Of a stretch of 64,000 bases of DNA, positions 12,101 through 24,401 are shown in pieces; positions within the stretch are counted from its first letter, which is position 1; the number at the start of each line of letters is the position of its first letter. Location of the stretch: positions 1,252,785-1,316,784 of the forward strand of contig NW_019217784.1 of assembly GCF_002571385.2 (NCBI RefSeq), in the 5' to 3' direction. The notes below the pieces were generated by a model. It was not told where the DNA came from, ran no database searches, and saw only the letters and a list, made by a program, of their open reading frames with translations. Origin of the DNA: Stylophora pistillata (lineage: Eukaryota). The translations under genes and the position numbers were made by a program.

Positions 12101-14125
12101 CAGTTAGTGAAATGTGGATGCATGGAATTCAGATTTCCCACTCAAGATTTGAAGAAAATTTGTAATTTAATGAATGAGACCCAACGTAAGTGGCAAATGT
12201 TACAATGAAACATTTCAAACTTTAGGAGAGTATTTACTTTTTCAGTTTGATGCATCGAAAAGCGTCAGACTAAACTCAACGTCTTAATAACTAAATAGCT
12301 AAAAGGACTTTGACAGCAGTGCCTAAAATACATACTTAAGTGTAGTGTTTCTTTTAGATTGTTCATTTTACAAGATTAATGCCTTACGTATTTTCTTCGC
12401 TTTCGCAGTGAGCTGTATCTTTGGAAAACAACTCTCGTTTGATGGAAACGGTGATGAGTGCGCAGAGTCTTGTGTTCCACCTTGCAGGTACAAGTAGGGG
12501 CTCTTTCTAAGGTCGATCTTGTCGTCAACGTTCTTTGCTAATTAATTTATTTTCAAGACAATGGGTACGATTTTTGTTTTGTATTTTTCAATCTGTAGGT
12601 CAGTGCAACTAAAAAAGAGTACCTCTTTAGAAGTTTGGCCATCTGAGAAATACAAGGTATTTTAAATAATCAGGAGCAATGTGTGTGTGGACAAGGGCCG
12701 ATTGAGTTTTTTTGTTTTGTTTTTTAGCCCAATATCCTTAACATCGGTAATGGCTATTTCTTGACAACTTTTATTATTTCAATCAATCAGACTAGAGCAT
12801 TTATTCGTAAAAGTAAAGGCCTATGGTTAGATTAAAAATGAAATATGAAAAAGATACACTTACCTTACTAAATCCTAAACTCTTCAATTAATAATGTGAT
12901 TATATGTGACCAAGTTCAATGATTATAAATGGAGAATAAAAGTTTCTTGGAAAACTCTTATCAATGGAAATTTTCTTTCATCGAAATCTACAGCGTAGGG
13001 TTATATCAACTTGACAGTTTAGCTTTCAAATCTTAAATGTGAGGTCATTAGTCAGATCACTTTTAAAACCAATATCTTTAGGAGACAGACAGTGAATTCA
13101 AATTCAGCGAGGAGGATTTTGATTCGTAAGTATAGTATTTTCCTATAAAATCATTTTTTCTGGGACAGTTGGAATGAAATCAGTAATAATTAAATTTCAT
13201 TGAAGTTCAATATATGTGGATGTTGCTATCCTCACAAATTAAGGATGGAAACTATTCTGTTCACGGGTCAGTAGTTTTACTTCCGTCTGTGAAGCTGATG
13301 AGAATATTTCATAATCCTTACATTGTTTATCTGGATTATTAGAAAAAATAACCTGAGGCTGCACGTTTTCTATCAAGAACTTGAAGAAGAAATAATTAAG
13401 GAGGCAATATCGTACACGGTAAGCTGCAGGGGTCGATACAAGTATATTTGAACATTTTAACTAAAAAAAAAAGAGAAAAAGGCAAATAGTTGGACTGTTT
13501 TGGGAGTTGCTGTAATGTGAAATCATGGAAGCATCATCTCGATGTTGAAGAAAACAAGTTAAGGATATGTGTCCAAATTCAGAGTGACAAACTAAGGCTG
13601 TTTTAAAAATATTATCTTTGTGAGAAGGCAAGTGTTGTTCTTGATGAGGAATAACTATTGTAACAGTGTAATTTGGATATATCAACAAAGTTGAAATGGT
13701 AAATTGGCCACCGTAATGATTAAAACAGCTGACGTTTCGAGCGTTAGCCCTTCGTCGGAAGGGCTATTCATATTGTAACAATGGCCTTAATTATCCATAA
13801 AAGGAACTGACGAAAGAGAGAGAGAGAAGACCCTTTGTATCAAACTGAGCCGCCGGCCTCTCCTTCTATCCACAACATTAAAAAGATTGCAGCGATTCAC
13901 TTCTTTGGCTATGATGTTTCTATCTTTTTACTGATGTGGGTGTCCTGACTTTCACTTTTATAGATTGATGGCTTCATTTCAGACATTGGTGGTCAATTGG
14001 GACTCTGGGTTGGAGTTTCTGTCCTGACTTTGGCTGAATTCCTGGAGTTGATAACAACGCTCTGCCGATTTGCATTTAAGAAATACACAAAAAGAAATGA
14101 AGTTGTTGTTACTCCCAAAACTTGA
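9159..14125 (+). CDS. DEG/ENaC channel subunit, paralog C (complete, 12 coding exons, most divergent copy)
   Basis: TTAHGLGRI plus TM1 (9159-9416); FPAITICNAN; GHQFKDLVRSCTFRG; FGNCFVFN; GVRVDISDQG; SCRESC..CGC..CVPPC; TM2 ISDIGGQLGLWVGVSVLTLAE; stop TGA 14123-14125. Needs one GC-AG intron (donor at 9921). Confidence 0.9.
9544..9660 (-). mobile_element. Fragment of a palindromic repeat family related to the element at 40868
   Basis: Reverse complement reads ttttatcaggggtttcaaacaccgaggaaaa...cacgaggccgcagcc, similar to gggtttcattaggtttctaaacgcgagaaaa...cacgaggcggcaggcc at 40888-40945. Confidence 0.45.
11570..12005 (+). repeat. Degenerate (CCAT/TCAT)n low-complexity region in an intron of paralog C
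   Basis: Dense ccat/catt/atcc motifs over ~430 bp. Confidence 0.55.
13672..13766 (-). mobile_element. Penelope-like retroelement terminal fragment with a degenerate minimal hammerhead-ribozyme motif (copy 1)
   Basis: Minus strand reads ccgacgaagggctaacgctcgaaacgtcagct...tacggtggccaattta...tcaact..gttgata, homologous to the copies at 18168 and 51216, with a short inverted duplication at its 5' junction. Confidence 0.65.
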
Positions 14126-14447
14126 GCGAAAATGTGATCTATCTCACGTTCGGATTTTCTGTACAGCTTTTCAATGGTCACGTTCCCTTTTCTATATTCT
14201 TGTTTGCTAAGTCTTACATGTAATTATTTGGCGTGTTTAATTATTTAAGTACTGTTTTTGTATACTTGTTAATGAATGTATGAATTCGACACTCGATTTT
14301 ATCTTAAAACGATGAATAATGGACGTCTGAGGAAAAGGACTGAGCAAAACGCAAGAACGTGTTTTTTTTTTTATTTTGGCAACTACTAAGGTGACATGTT
14401 CATAAGTAAATAATGATTAAGTTTCCTTAGTTAACCAATCGAGCAAA

Positions 14448-14881
14448 CCGCCTCCCGGTTAGCTCAATTGGTTAGAGCGCTGGATTGTTGTGCGGGAGGT
14501 CGAGGTCGATGGTTCGAGCCCCTGCCAGACCAACACTCAAGGTCTTAAAATAACTGAGGAGCATGCGCTACCTTTCTATAATATCAAGAAGTGGCTAGAC
14601 ATTCTAATCTTCTCTGATAAGGACGAATGAACCGTAGGTCCAGGTTGGGGTAGAAGACGTAAAGAACCCACTCACGAGATTACTGTGATGTGGTCTGGCC
14701 TGTTTAATGGGAATTGGGGGGAGGGGGCATCTTCAAATAAAAGTTTCTTTCGAATGTTTGTAAACTGCTAATGCAGTCTGGCCAAAGTCCCCCGAAAAGT
14801 GTTGTGATGCGCATTTGATCATATCTTCATGTTAATTTGCGCAATATAAATATTAAATTATTATTATTATTATTATTATTA
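14448..14881 (+). mobile_element. tRNA-derived SINE
   Basis: A-box (tagctcaattgg) and B-box (ggttcgagccc) in a tRNA-like head, followed by a ~350-bp body and an (ATT)n tail. The 3' part is homologous to 52016-52123. Confidence 0.8.
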
Positions 14882-15590
14882 CTTAGTTGAAGTGGAAGAG
14901 TAAACACCATATAGCTACACTTTAAAGTCAATAACGCAAATCGAGATCATCTTCACAGGGGATCATCTTTCAGAACATTTTCTTAAAAAAGTTTGTTTGA
15001 AAATGAAATTCACGAGGTTGTTGAAAGTAGAACTAAGTGGATAACTTTATATGAAAGACGCGCGGATTGATATTGTGGTTATTGAGTACAAATTTACTCG
15101 TTATCCTTAGGAAGTGGGCCAAATTACCTTCTATTCCGATTATAGTTCATGCTGTAAACCAATTTGTTCACGTTCTTATTTATTCATGCAACTTTCCTAA
15201 ACACTGCACGAAGCTAATAAAGTTATTTGCTTAAAGGATAAGTGAGGCCTGGCTTGAATTAAGTTTTTATTATTGTTTGCAATTTGTTAAATATGGTATC
15301 TCATTTGCTTCACGCTTACCCAGTTTACTTAATTCCCTCTAATTCTGAACAGCAGAAAGGAACGGAAATCGTTACTGAAATAAGAGGGTGGTTTATGAAT
15401 GAAACAGAATCACAATCAAACTCACATGAACTCAGTTAGTTGTGGAATTGAAGCCTTGCATGATGTAATTTACCCTATTATAGAATAGAGGTGTTTACCG
15501 AAAAATAGCCCGTTCAAAACAATGTCATGTAATCATGTTTTGGGAATTGAAGCAAATACATTCATCATCTCCTACTATTCCCGAATTTTC

Positions 15591-15725
15591 GTCGATGCAG
15601 GTAACCTTGGATGCAGACTATATCAGACGTCTCCGTCGATGCAGGTAACCTTGGATGCAGACTATATCAGACGTCTCCGTCGATGCAGGTAACCTTGGAT
15701 GCAGACTATATCAGACGTCTCCGTC
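15591..15725 (+). repeat. Perfect 44-bp tandem repeat, 3 copies
   Basis: gtcgatgcaggtaaccttggatgcagactatatcagacgtctcc at 15591, 15635 and 15679. Confidence 0.95.
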
Positions 15726-16508
15726 GGATCGTCTAAATTTCGTTTTGTATGTTTTGTTATGTGCATCTCAACGACCCTTGTTTTAATTTGCTTCCATTCA
15801 CAGTTTAAAAAATTGATATTTTGCAAAAAACCTTTTAAACTGGATGATGACTAATGCAAAAATGAATGACCCCCGCCGAGTTACAACTAATTTGATAAGT
15901 CGATTTGACCTTACGTAATTATATTATTGCAGCACTGGGTTGTGCAGTGTAAGGCTAAGGTAAGTTGGGTCTGTTAAATATTTCCATGAAGGTTTCTAAA
16001 CGTTTATTCTGTGTAGAGGATAAAAATAACAAAGTACGTTTAAAAGCCTGAAGTAGCTACAGTAAGGTAGAAAAGTCTGAGGGAAAGAACGTTTAAATTG
16101 ATAAGGTGATAGAATAATGCCGTAATAAATTTATCTTTTTTTAAACAAATCGAACTGTTTAAATGAAAGAGTGATAAGCCGGCTTGGAAAAAAGGAGGTT
16201 TCTTCAAAACTTTTCCCGATAAATTGAAGTTCGATAGAAAACAATTCGGGTTAACGCTAATATACTAGGAAACGTGTAGCAGTAAAAATTATATCACTTT
16301 GAAAAGACTCTTAGGCATTAAAAACTCTTAACGACCAGTTACATATAATAGACAAGACAGCAAAACAACCAAAGATCACTGTAAGTTATTAAATTCTGTA
16401 TGCTCGCGGAACTAACAAGATAAGGAAGTATTTTACATACTGTTTCGTCTTCTTATTTTCTTTGTTGTATGTGTTCCTAAAGAAGTCGTAATCACTTCTG
16501 GACAATTT

Positions 16509-19500
16509 ATGATGAGGGTTGATATGGAAGCTCCTGAGGCAAAACAAGAAGATGAAAAGGCAGGTGGAACCAAATCCAACTTCACTTCAGTCATTCGGGA
16601 GTTTTGTGACAGTACAACAGCGCACGGTCTGGGGAGAATATATTTTGTCAGTTATTGGGTCAGGAAAGTGTTTTGGAGTTTACTGTTTATTGGCGCTGTC
16701 ACTATGCTTTGTATTCAAGTACACGCTTTGTTTGACAAGTATCGGAGGCGACCGCTGACAACCTTAGTCACAGTAAAAGCAGAGACGGTAAGTCCGAGTG
16801 GAAATTCATGGCCTTTATGACAGAAACAGTGAAGATCCTATAATCCAAATGAATAATTTACTTCAAGTAAGCGCCAAAATTTCATGATCTTTTGTCCTTA
16901 TGAGGACTTCAACTGTCCAACACCCAATAAATTCATTGGTATTTTGAAGCTAGCAACACAATAGCTATCTAACCTTGTAGAAACGATTTCTGTTTTAAGG
17001 TTGAAGTTCATTAAAGTTTTGGCATTGTATCTGGCAAGATATTTCCAGGACTGTTTACGAACATGCGTTGCTAACTGCAAGTTACCTTTATCATATCAGA
17101 GTCTGGAATTTCCTGCAGTAACCTTTTGTAATTTCAATGCTTTGAAGAACTTCACATTTCAAAAAGGTGATACAGAGCTCACGCAAATCGTCCAACAACT
17201 GCAAGCACAAAGTAAGGAATTAATTACGTTTGGATACATGTAAAGTAGAAAGAAATATATATCAAAGAATTTTTTAGAAGATTTCCTCTACCTTTGGCAG
17301 CACTCACTGATGACTACTGACATGTGCGAATTGTCAAGTTGAGATTTTTGTCCTATTTGCAGATTCGTCAAAAGTGCTGGGTAACGATACTTCTGAAGAA
17401 GTATCTGAAACCAGCAACACAGACGACACCGAGTGGAGCCAAGAAGACTTCCAGGACCCAGAAGAACTTGATTCGAGATATCAAAGTGGAGAGGAAATGT
17501 CAGTGTTTTTAGCAAAAGAGGACGTGCAGATTCTTACTTTGCTGGGACATCAGTTTAGTGATATGGTCATGTCTTGCACATTTAGAGGAATGTCATGCAG
17601 GTGAGGGAGCTTGTCCAACTTCAACAGATTTTTAACTTTGATAATAGCTGTATAACATCGGGATTCACCGAGGAAAATCTGTCATCAGCTTCATTTCAGT
17701 CACGGGGATTGTCTTAGATAATGAAAAATTCTAAGAAACAGGCACTGCATAAGCAAGAATATCATGCAGTCAGGTTGTGCCCTTCCAGTTCAACTTGTTC
17801 CTTTTCTTCGTCTTTTTTTTTAGAAACTACACAACATGGAACTGGACATCATTCTGGCATTACAAGTACGGAAACTGTTTTGTGTTTAACGGTGGACAAG
17901 TTAATGGAGTCCCAGTGGACATTTTGAGATCGAACAATCCAGGGCCTTCTGAAGGTATCTACAACAGTAACTCTCTTCCTTTGATTAGAACAATTTTAAA
18001 CTCATTAAATAAACCGTTATTCATAACCGATTACACCCCATTTTTTCTTGCCCGAAGCAGGGAATTATGATCATGAAAAGTACGTTTGTTTGAGGACTTA
18101 TGCTGCTCATGCTAAACAGGCTAGCCTCTTTCTTGATAGTTTGGTTTTATCAACTGAGTTGGTAATGGATGAAGGGGTAACGCTCGAAACATCAGCTTTT
18201 GAAATTCTCTACGGTGGCCATTTTCACTTTATCAACTCAGTTGATAAAACCAAATTATCTCTTAATATTTCCTCCACTGTAGCAGCACCAAAATTTCTTT
18301 AAAAGTGTTTCCCATATTGTCCTTTCTTCCCTGTGTTAAGGCTTCAGTGCTGCTACCTATATAGCTTGATTTTTTCTGCTTCGATTCCAAGGTCTCAATC
18401 TTGAAATTAATATTGATCAAGAAGAATACATCGGCCAACTGACTCCACAGGCAGGAATAAGAGTGGATATCTCCAAAGCGGGGGAAATGCCATTTCCTTT
18501 GGAAAAAGGAGTGAGTTTGGCGCCAGGGTATGCTACGATGCTTGGACTCAGAAAGGTAAAGTATGCTGTTTTTCTTTAGCACCGAACAAGCAGAGATTTG
18601 TGGCGATGTATTTACATCTACCGCTGTCATAGAAACCAGCAGGAGTAGTATACATACTGTAATTGCCATTGTTAAATGTGTGGAATTAGTTAGTGATTGT
18701 TACCTGGATGGACCTAGACAGTTTTGCCGAATTGTAGTAGCACACGGTTAATGAATATCAATTTAACGGTTCTGCTTTCTAATTATTTCATTGCGCCAAG
18801 ATATCTCCCGCCAGCAGTGTTTGGCTTTTTTCATGGTTTTCTCTCTTATTAGTGTCAAGCATTCCCCCTGTTTATTAAACTTGGTACATCTTTCTACAGA
18901 TAATCAAAGAAAGAAAAGACCCTTTCAACACGAAGCGTTGCCTGAATTCATTTGATCGTGATGACCATAACTTTTACACTCGCTTTTTTAACGTATCCTA
19001 CTCGTCCACGGTAAAGCATAGTGTAGATAAGAATTATAGTTTAGCTGAGTTTGTTATCAATTACAAAATTCATAGGTGATTGATTATTCCATATTTGTTA
19101 CAACTTAAGGAACTTTCCGAGTTCCTGTTTTTTTTTTTTTGCCGAATGATTGATGGATGATATCTACGCCATATCCTAGGATAGAAGTGGTAATTTTGAC
19201 TGTGAGATAGTCTTTGCTGATTGAAACGAATGTTTCTTTTAACTGGTAGATCTTCATTTCTGCTTTTCTGCTTTCTTGTGGTTTTGAGCGTGGAATTTTG
19301 AGTTTATGAATAATCGGAAACTTACAACTGTTACTATGATTAGTTTTGATGCGTCTTTTTTCGGTTCTGGAATGCGTTCATTAATATTTAGTTGATTTCT
19401 TGAAAATACTAATGCCGATTTCTTGATTTAATCGATTTTCAACCATTTTTCCCTTTTAGGCTTGTAAGGAATCATGTTTAGCATACAACCAATTCGATAA

Positions 19501-21719
19501 ATGTGGTTGTGTGGAATACAGATTTCCAGCAGAGGGACTATTTAACATTTGCAGCGTTACGAACATTAAAACACGTAAGGATTGTAAATAATTTTGCCTC
19601 ATTGTAGATTTGTCCCTTATTTTTTGAAGTCTAATATGATTTTAAATTTCTGGCGTTGATTTTGTCTTTCAGTGAAGTGCCTGAGCGAGGTTCAAAACCT
19701 CTATAAAAACAACAAATTGAATTGCACCCAGTCGTGTCCACCTCCATGCAGGTAAATAATCATCTTTATATCTCAGTAACTGTGTGTTTTCTCTTTTAAA
19801 AGACACATCAGCCCGCGCCGATGAAGCTTAGTGGTAAGATTTGCAGCACAGCCGGGTCATTTTCTTGGAGTGCGATATTGATTGAAGTCGTTCCTATCAA
19901 ATTGCATCTCTCCCCAAGATTGTAATGGACCGGCGTCATGAAATCTTAATAACCATTTCTATTTATCATCTGTTGTAAAAAATTTCTTAATTTTCCTTTC
20001 ACAGACTGGAAGAGTTCAAAATAAGTTCTTCATTCGCTACCTGGCCTTCACAGAACTATGAGGTAAAAAAATGTACCCACAAACACTGTCGAGCAAAATC
20101 TTTGTCATGATAATACATGTTTGATAAAATGTTCTAGCAAAGCGGAATTCGTGGAATTTTCCAGTAATCTATTTAGTTCTGAAATATTAAGAGGAATTTT
20201 CCAGCAAAGAAAGTGAGAAGTGGGGGAGATGGATATGCATAAGTGTGTCACTTGTGGTTCTAATATAATTGCACAAAGACTTGGGTACTATGCACCCCAT
20301 GCCAGGAATCAATCAATCAATCAATCATTTATGTCCTTGCTACAGTGTAAATGTTTTTATGTAAGAAACTTTCGAATTAATTCCATTTTCTATCCAGAAT
20401 TATGTTCCTTTAAATTGCTTGTATTTGTGTTCTTCTTTTCAAAGAAATATTATCAAGACATAGTGATTGAAAATTACAAGAAACTACTCATCACCAAATC
20501 TGGGTCCCACAGGTAAGGAACTTGTTCAATCATCAACTGGCGACGGAACTAATGAAAAATACTCTCATAAGCTGATTATTACTAGATATTTTAATATATC
20601 TTATGGTAATTTATCTTCATGATCACAGAAAGAATGTTTTGAAACTACAAGTTTTCTTCGAAGATCTTGACGTGGAGGTCGTTTCAGAGCAGCGCTCATA
20701 TGAAGTGAGTAGATTAGCAGAATAAAAAGATTTTTTTCTTTTTTGTAGCCCACTTGTTCAATGACATTTATCTTATTTCGGAGCAGGGTGATCAGACATT
20801 AAAATACTTACAGAAGGAAAGGAATTACAATAAGCTGTCGATCGTTGAGGGGTTCTTTACTTAGAAGGTGACTAGATAATGCTTCAACTGACATTGCAAG
20901 AAGAAAAACATAACGAGCCATGCATTTACAAAAACCAAAATAATAAAAAGAAAAGAGGAAAATCAACTACAGACCTACTTGTATTTCAGAGTTAAAAGTG
21001 CCGAATGAAAAACCTAAATACCCGAACTTACCCTCATAAAGTAGTTTCTTTTGCTTTTTTCCCGGCAGACGAAACGAGGAACATTGTTTTTGCTCAGCAG
21101 TTGTTATCAAATCAGAAACTCGACTTTTAGACACTATTTTGTAAAGCTCAGTCGTGCCATCATCTAGTTCGAAGTACGAAAACATTTTTTGTTGTTATTT
21201 TTTTGCAGTGAAAGAGGGAATGGGACTCAATTGAAGTCAGTTCAACTCACGATACCAAACAACAATACGAACTCTCTGAACATAAGCACTTTGTTTATAG
21301 GGTGCTCAGTTAAGACAAACGCTCTAGAACTGATATTGTCCACTGCAAGAATAATCGGGCAATACTTTAAAGAACTTATCTTCGATTCTTAAACAAAACT
21401 TCAATATTAATGTACCATTTGTAGTCATGGATAAGATCTCTTACACAAAAATATCAAAACGAATCGTACGGGTATCTCTTTTGTTTCTAATTATTACTGC
21501 CGTAAATGTTATGGCCTAGAAATTTTTCTAACTCCTGTTCATTTTCTGCTTCAGCTTGTCAACTTTGTGTCGGACATTGGTGGTCAACTTGGCCTATGGA
21601 TTGGGTTCTCTGTGCTAACTCTGGCTGAGTTCTTAGAGCTTCTAATACTACTGTGTCATCTGGCCGTCAAGAAATGTTTCAAGAGGAATGAAACGTCTGA
21701 AAGTTATCGTCCGAGTTAA
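16509..21719 (+). CDS. DEG/ENaC channel subunit, paralog D (complete, 12 coding exons; the true start may be a slightly later ATG)
   Basis: STTAHGLGRI plus TM1 (to 16787); FPAVTFCNFN; GHQFSDMVMSCTFRG; YGNCFVFN; ACKESC..CGC..CPPPC; TM2 VSDIGGQLGLWIGFSVLTLAE; TAA 21717-21719. Confidence 0.92.
18135..18312 (+). mobile_element. Penelope-like terminal fragment with a degenerate hammerhead motif and a 5' inverted segment (copy 2)
   Basis: gatgaaggggtaacgctcgaaacatcagc...ttatcaactcagttgataaaaccaaattatc. The segment 18135-18165 is the reverse complement of 18229-18260. Confidence 0.65.
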
Positions 21720-23854
21720 GGCTAAGTGGGTAATGAAAGTCGAAGGATTTGATCAAATGTCGAATTGCATATATTGAACATCTCTCGATCAGTTTCCTCA
21801 ATTTCATCGCTAATGTTTGCGTCGCGTTATACATGCACTGCCAAAACTTCTGGAGCAATTTAAGCTAAAACGTTGCCTTTAGATGAGCCATGTTATGATT
21901 TAAGGCTATATTCTTAATTTAGCGCATTGTAGGTCGTGCTGAGCTAAACTTAAACGCCCTTACTCATCATCTTAAAGTGTACCATTCATAGCCTCTTAAA
22001 TTTCAATCAACTTTAGTGATATGATATTTAATTGACAAAACTGAAGCGACAAGCTTAAGTAAAATAGCGTAGCTTCCTCCTGGCTATTTATGTTTAAAAA
22101 GACTTAGGTAAGGACCCCATTTGTGGTTGTTTATTTCAGCAAGGAGACTAGCTATTTGCAGAAAGACAGGGGCGGGACAATTCATGTTCTGCGCGAACTT
22201 TCATGAGTGAGCATTCAGTTGAAGTGATGAGATATTGGCTTTTCAAAAAGGGTCTTATCCATGAATGGAATTTGTTAATTTATGTTTCCCATGCCTAAAT
22301 AATCAAGAATCTATAGGGGATGCCTATTTACATCATCAACCCACAGAGAAAGTAATTTTTGGCGATATAGAAACTGGACTTAATTTGTTCTCTACATGAA
22401 AGCCCTATTCCATCCAACTTCGACCCGTTTCCTTTTGTCGTTCTTTTATGGCACGTAATTAGCTGGTAAAATAACAGCCAACATAGATGTATTTATTACT
22501 TATTCAGAAGAGTTTCATTTTTAAAAGTTTTATTCCAGATAGAAATAATTTTACGACAAACAGTAATCGCAGTGCATTTCTCATAGCATCGGCCGAGAAT
22601 TCATTTGCGGTACATATTACTTCTCGCGTCGCGTGTCACTTCTGTTGACGAGCAATTTGATGTTGATCACCTCAGAGACGGCGGATTAAATTGATTACTT
22701 TTCAAATTCAGCATATATCTTACGGAGTCTGTCAGCATTTCCTGAACACCGTCCTCAAATCAATGACTCCATCGTCATTAATGAGTCATCGACAAGCTAA
22801 ATATTGAATGTAGTAGGTAAAACGCTCGTCTTGTTCAGTTTCTGAATTTTACGATTAACACGAGGTTATTAGCAGTTGCCAGTCGTTTTGGATGAGCAAT
22901 AATCAGCTGTGTTTCCTAAGGTAACGGAGAACTCACATTTAACTGAGGTAAGATGTGCTGAATAAGCAAATTAGTCACTTGTAATTGTTAGGTATTTCTT
23001 TGCAAGTTAATTTCCTTTCATTTGAATTGGTGGCTTTTGAGATTTTGACTAATGAACCTTTTCTGTAAACAATAATCTCTATCAACGTTATCTTCTGCTT
23101 TGAAATTGTATAAATTCTGTTTTTCAATGTCGTCATGTTTCGCAGATCTCGCTATGCGTAAGCCCTCTAGAAAGTTAAGAGAGAAACGTATTATGTATGT
23201 TTTAAAATACGAGTCGCACTTCACTTTTCCGCCAAACCTACGAGTAGGAGACTTGTGGCATTTGCTGTAGAATAAATTCTGGTATTCATAAGAAACAAGT
23301 ACGATATGATAAAAGTTCAGTCGAGAGCCATGTCGAGTAAAAGAAAATAAAACTAAAGCCATAAAAATAGACTTTTTTACCCACTTGTAATTTTATTTTC
23401 CATGTACTCGAAACAGTATTTTCTCTTGGTTATTTCAATATCAGTTGAAGGAAAGTCTCCTAATGAGCAAGGCTAATGTTCTGAAAGAGGAACATGCTTC
23501 AACGATAATTTTTAATTATTACTTCGAGAATGTTTTTTATTCTTAATTGCGGCTAATCTTGTTAAATTAATATCCACCAACTTTTGCCATGCAGAATTAT
23601 TTAGATGGAATATTAAATTGCTTCTCGTGAGAAGCAGAGATTAAAGTGTATATGACATGAAATTTTTTTTTTTTGTTTTCTGCTAGTTCGATATATATAA
23701 CAAACGGTTCGAGAGTTAAAAATCGTTGAAAATAATTATAAATACATAGTTTTCGTTTAAACTACGCGCTAAGTTGGCTTGAAATTTGTCCCCTCGAACG
23801 CGCGGCCAAAAGGTCACGTGAACTTTACCTGTGACGTCAGGTTGTTTGACTCAG

Positions 23855-23893
23855 TAGACCACTTTCATAAATGGCTGCCGCATTACAATTCTT
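23855..23893 (+). mobile_element. Start of a nested MITE (same family as 39513-39697), running into the gap
   Basis: gaccactttcataaatggct is identical to the TIR at 39516. Confidence 0.7.
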
Positions 23894-24211
23894 NNNNNNN
23901 NNNNNNNNNNNNNNNNNNNNNNNNNNNNNNNNNNNNNNNNNNNNNNNNNNNNNNNNNNNNNNNNNNNNNNNNNNNNNNNNNNNNNNNNNNNNNNNNNNNN
24001 NNNNNNNNNNNNNNNNNNNNNNNNNNNNNNNNNNNNNNNNNNNNNNNNNNNNNNNNNNNNNNNNNNNNNNNNNNNNNNNNNNNNNNNNNNNNNNNNNNNN
24101 NNNNNNNNNNNNNNNNNNNNNNNNNNNNNNNNNNNNNNNNNNNNNNNNNNNNNNNNNNNNNNNNNNNNNNNNNNNNNNNNNNNNNNNNNNNNNNNNNNNN
24201 NNNNNNNNNNN
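23894..24211. other. Assembly gap (318 N)
   Basis: Run of N. Confidence 1.
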
Positions 24212-24401
24212 CTTAGGTCAGTGCATCAGATAAAAGTCCAAGTAAATGCAAAATCTAACTTAACTTGGTCAACTTTTATAGCTTGAGGTGCCTTAATTTA
24301 CCCTGATTTATCTGAAGCTTAATGTTTTATGCCCAGCAAAGTGATTATGCTAGTTTACACATTGTATGTTTTTATTTATGTTTTTACTAAAAATGTACTG
24401 A

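Noticed and set aside
14448-14530. Possible tRNA gene
   Set aside because: The cloverleaf is disrupted (duplicated ggtcga, no proper acceptor stem) and the sequence continues into a SINE body with an (ATT)n tail.
15591-15725. Possible CRISPR-like array
   Set aside because: Units are contiguous and identical with no unique spacers; eukaryotic context and no cas genes.
23779-24233. ORFs of 145 and 120 aa
   Set aside because: They consist mostly of the N gap.
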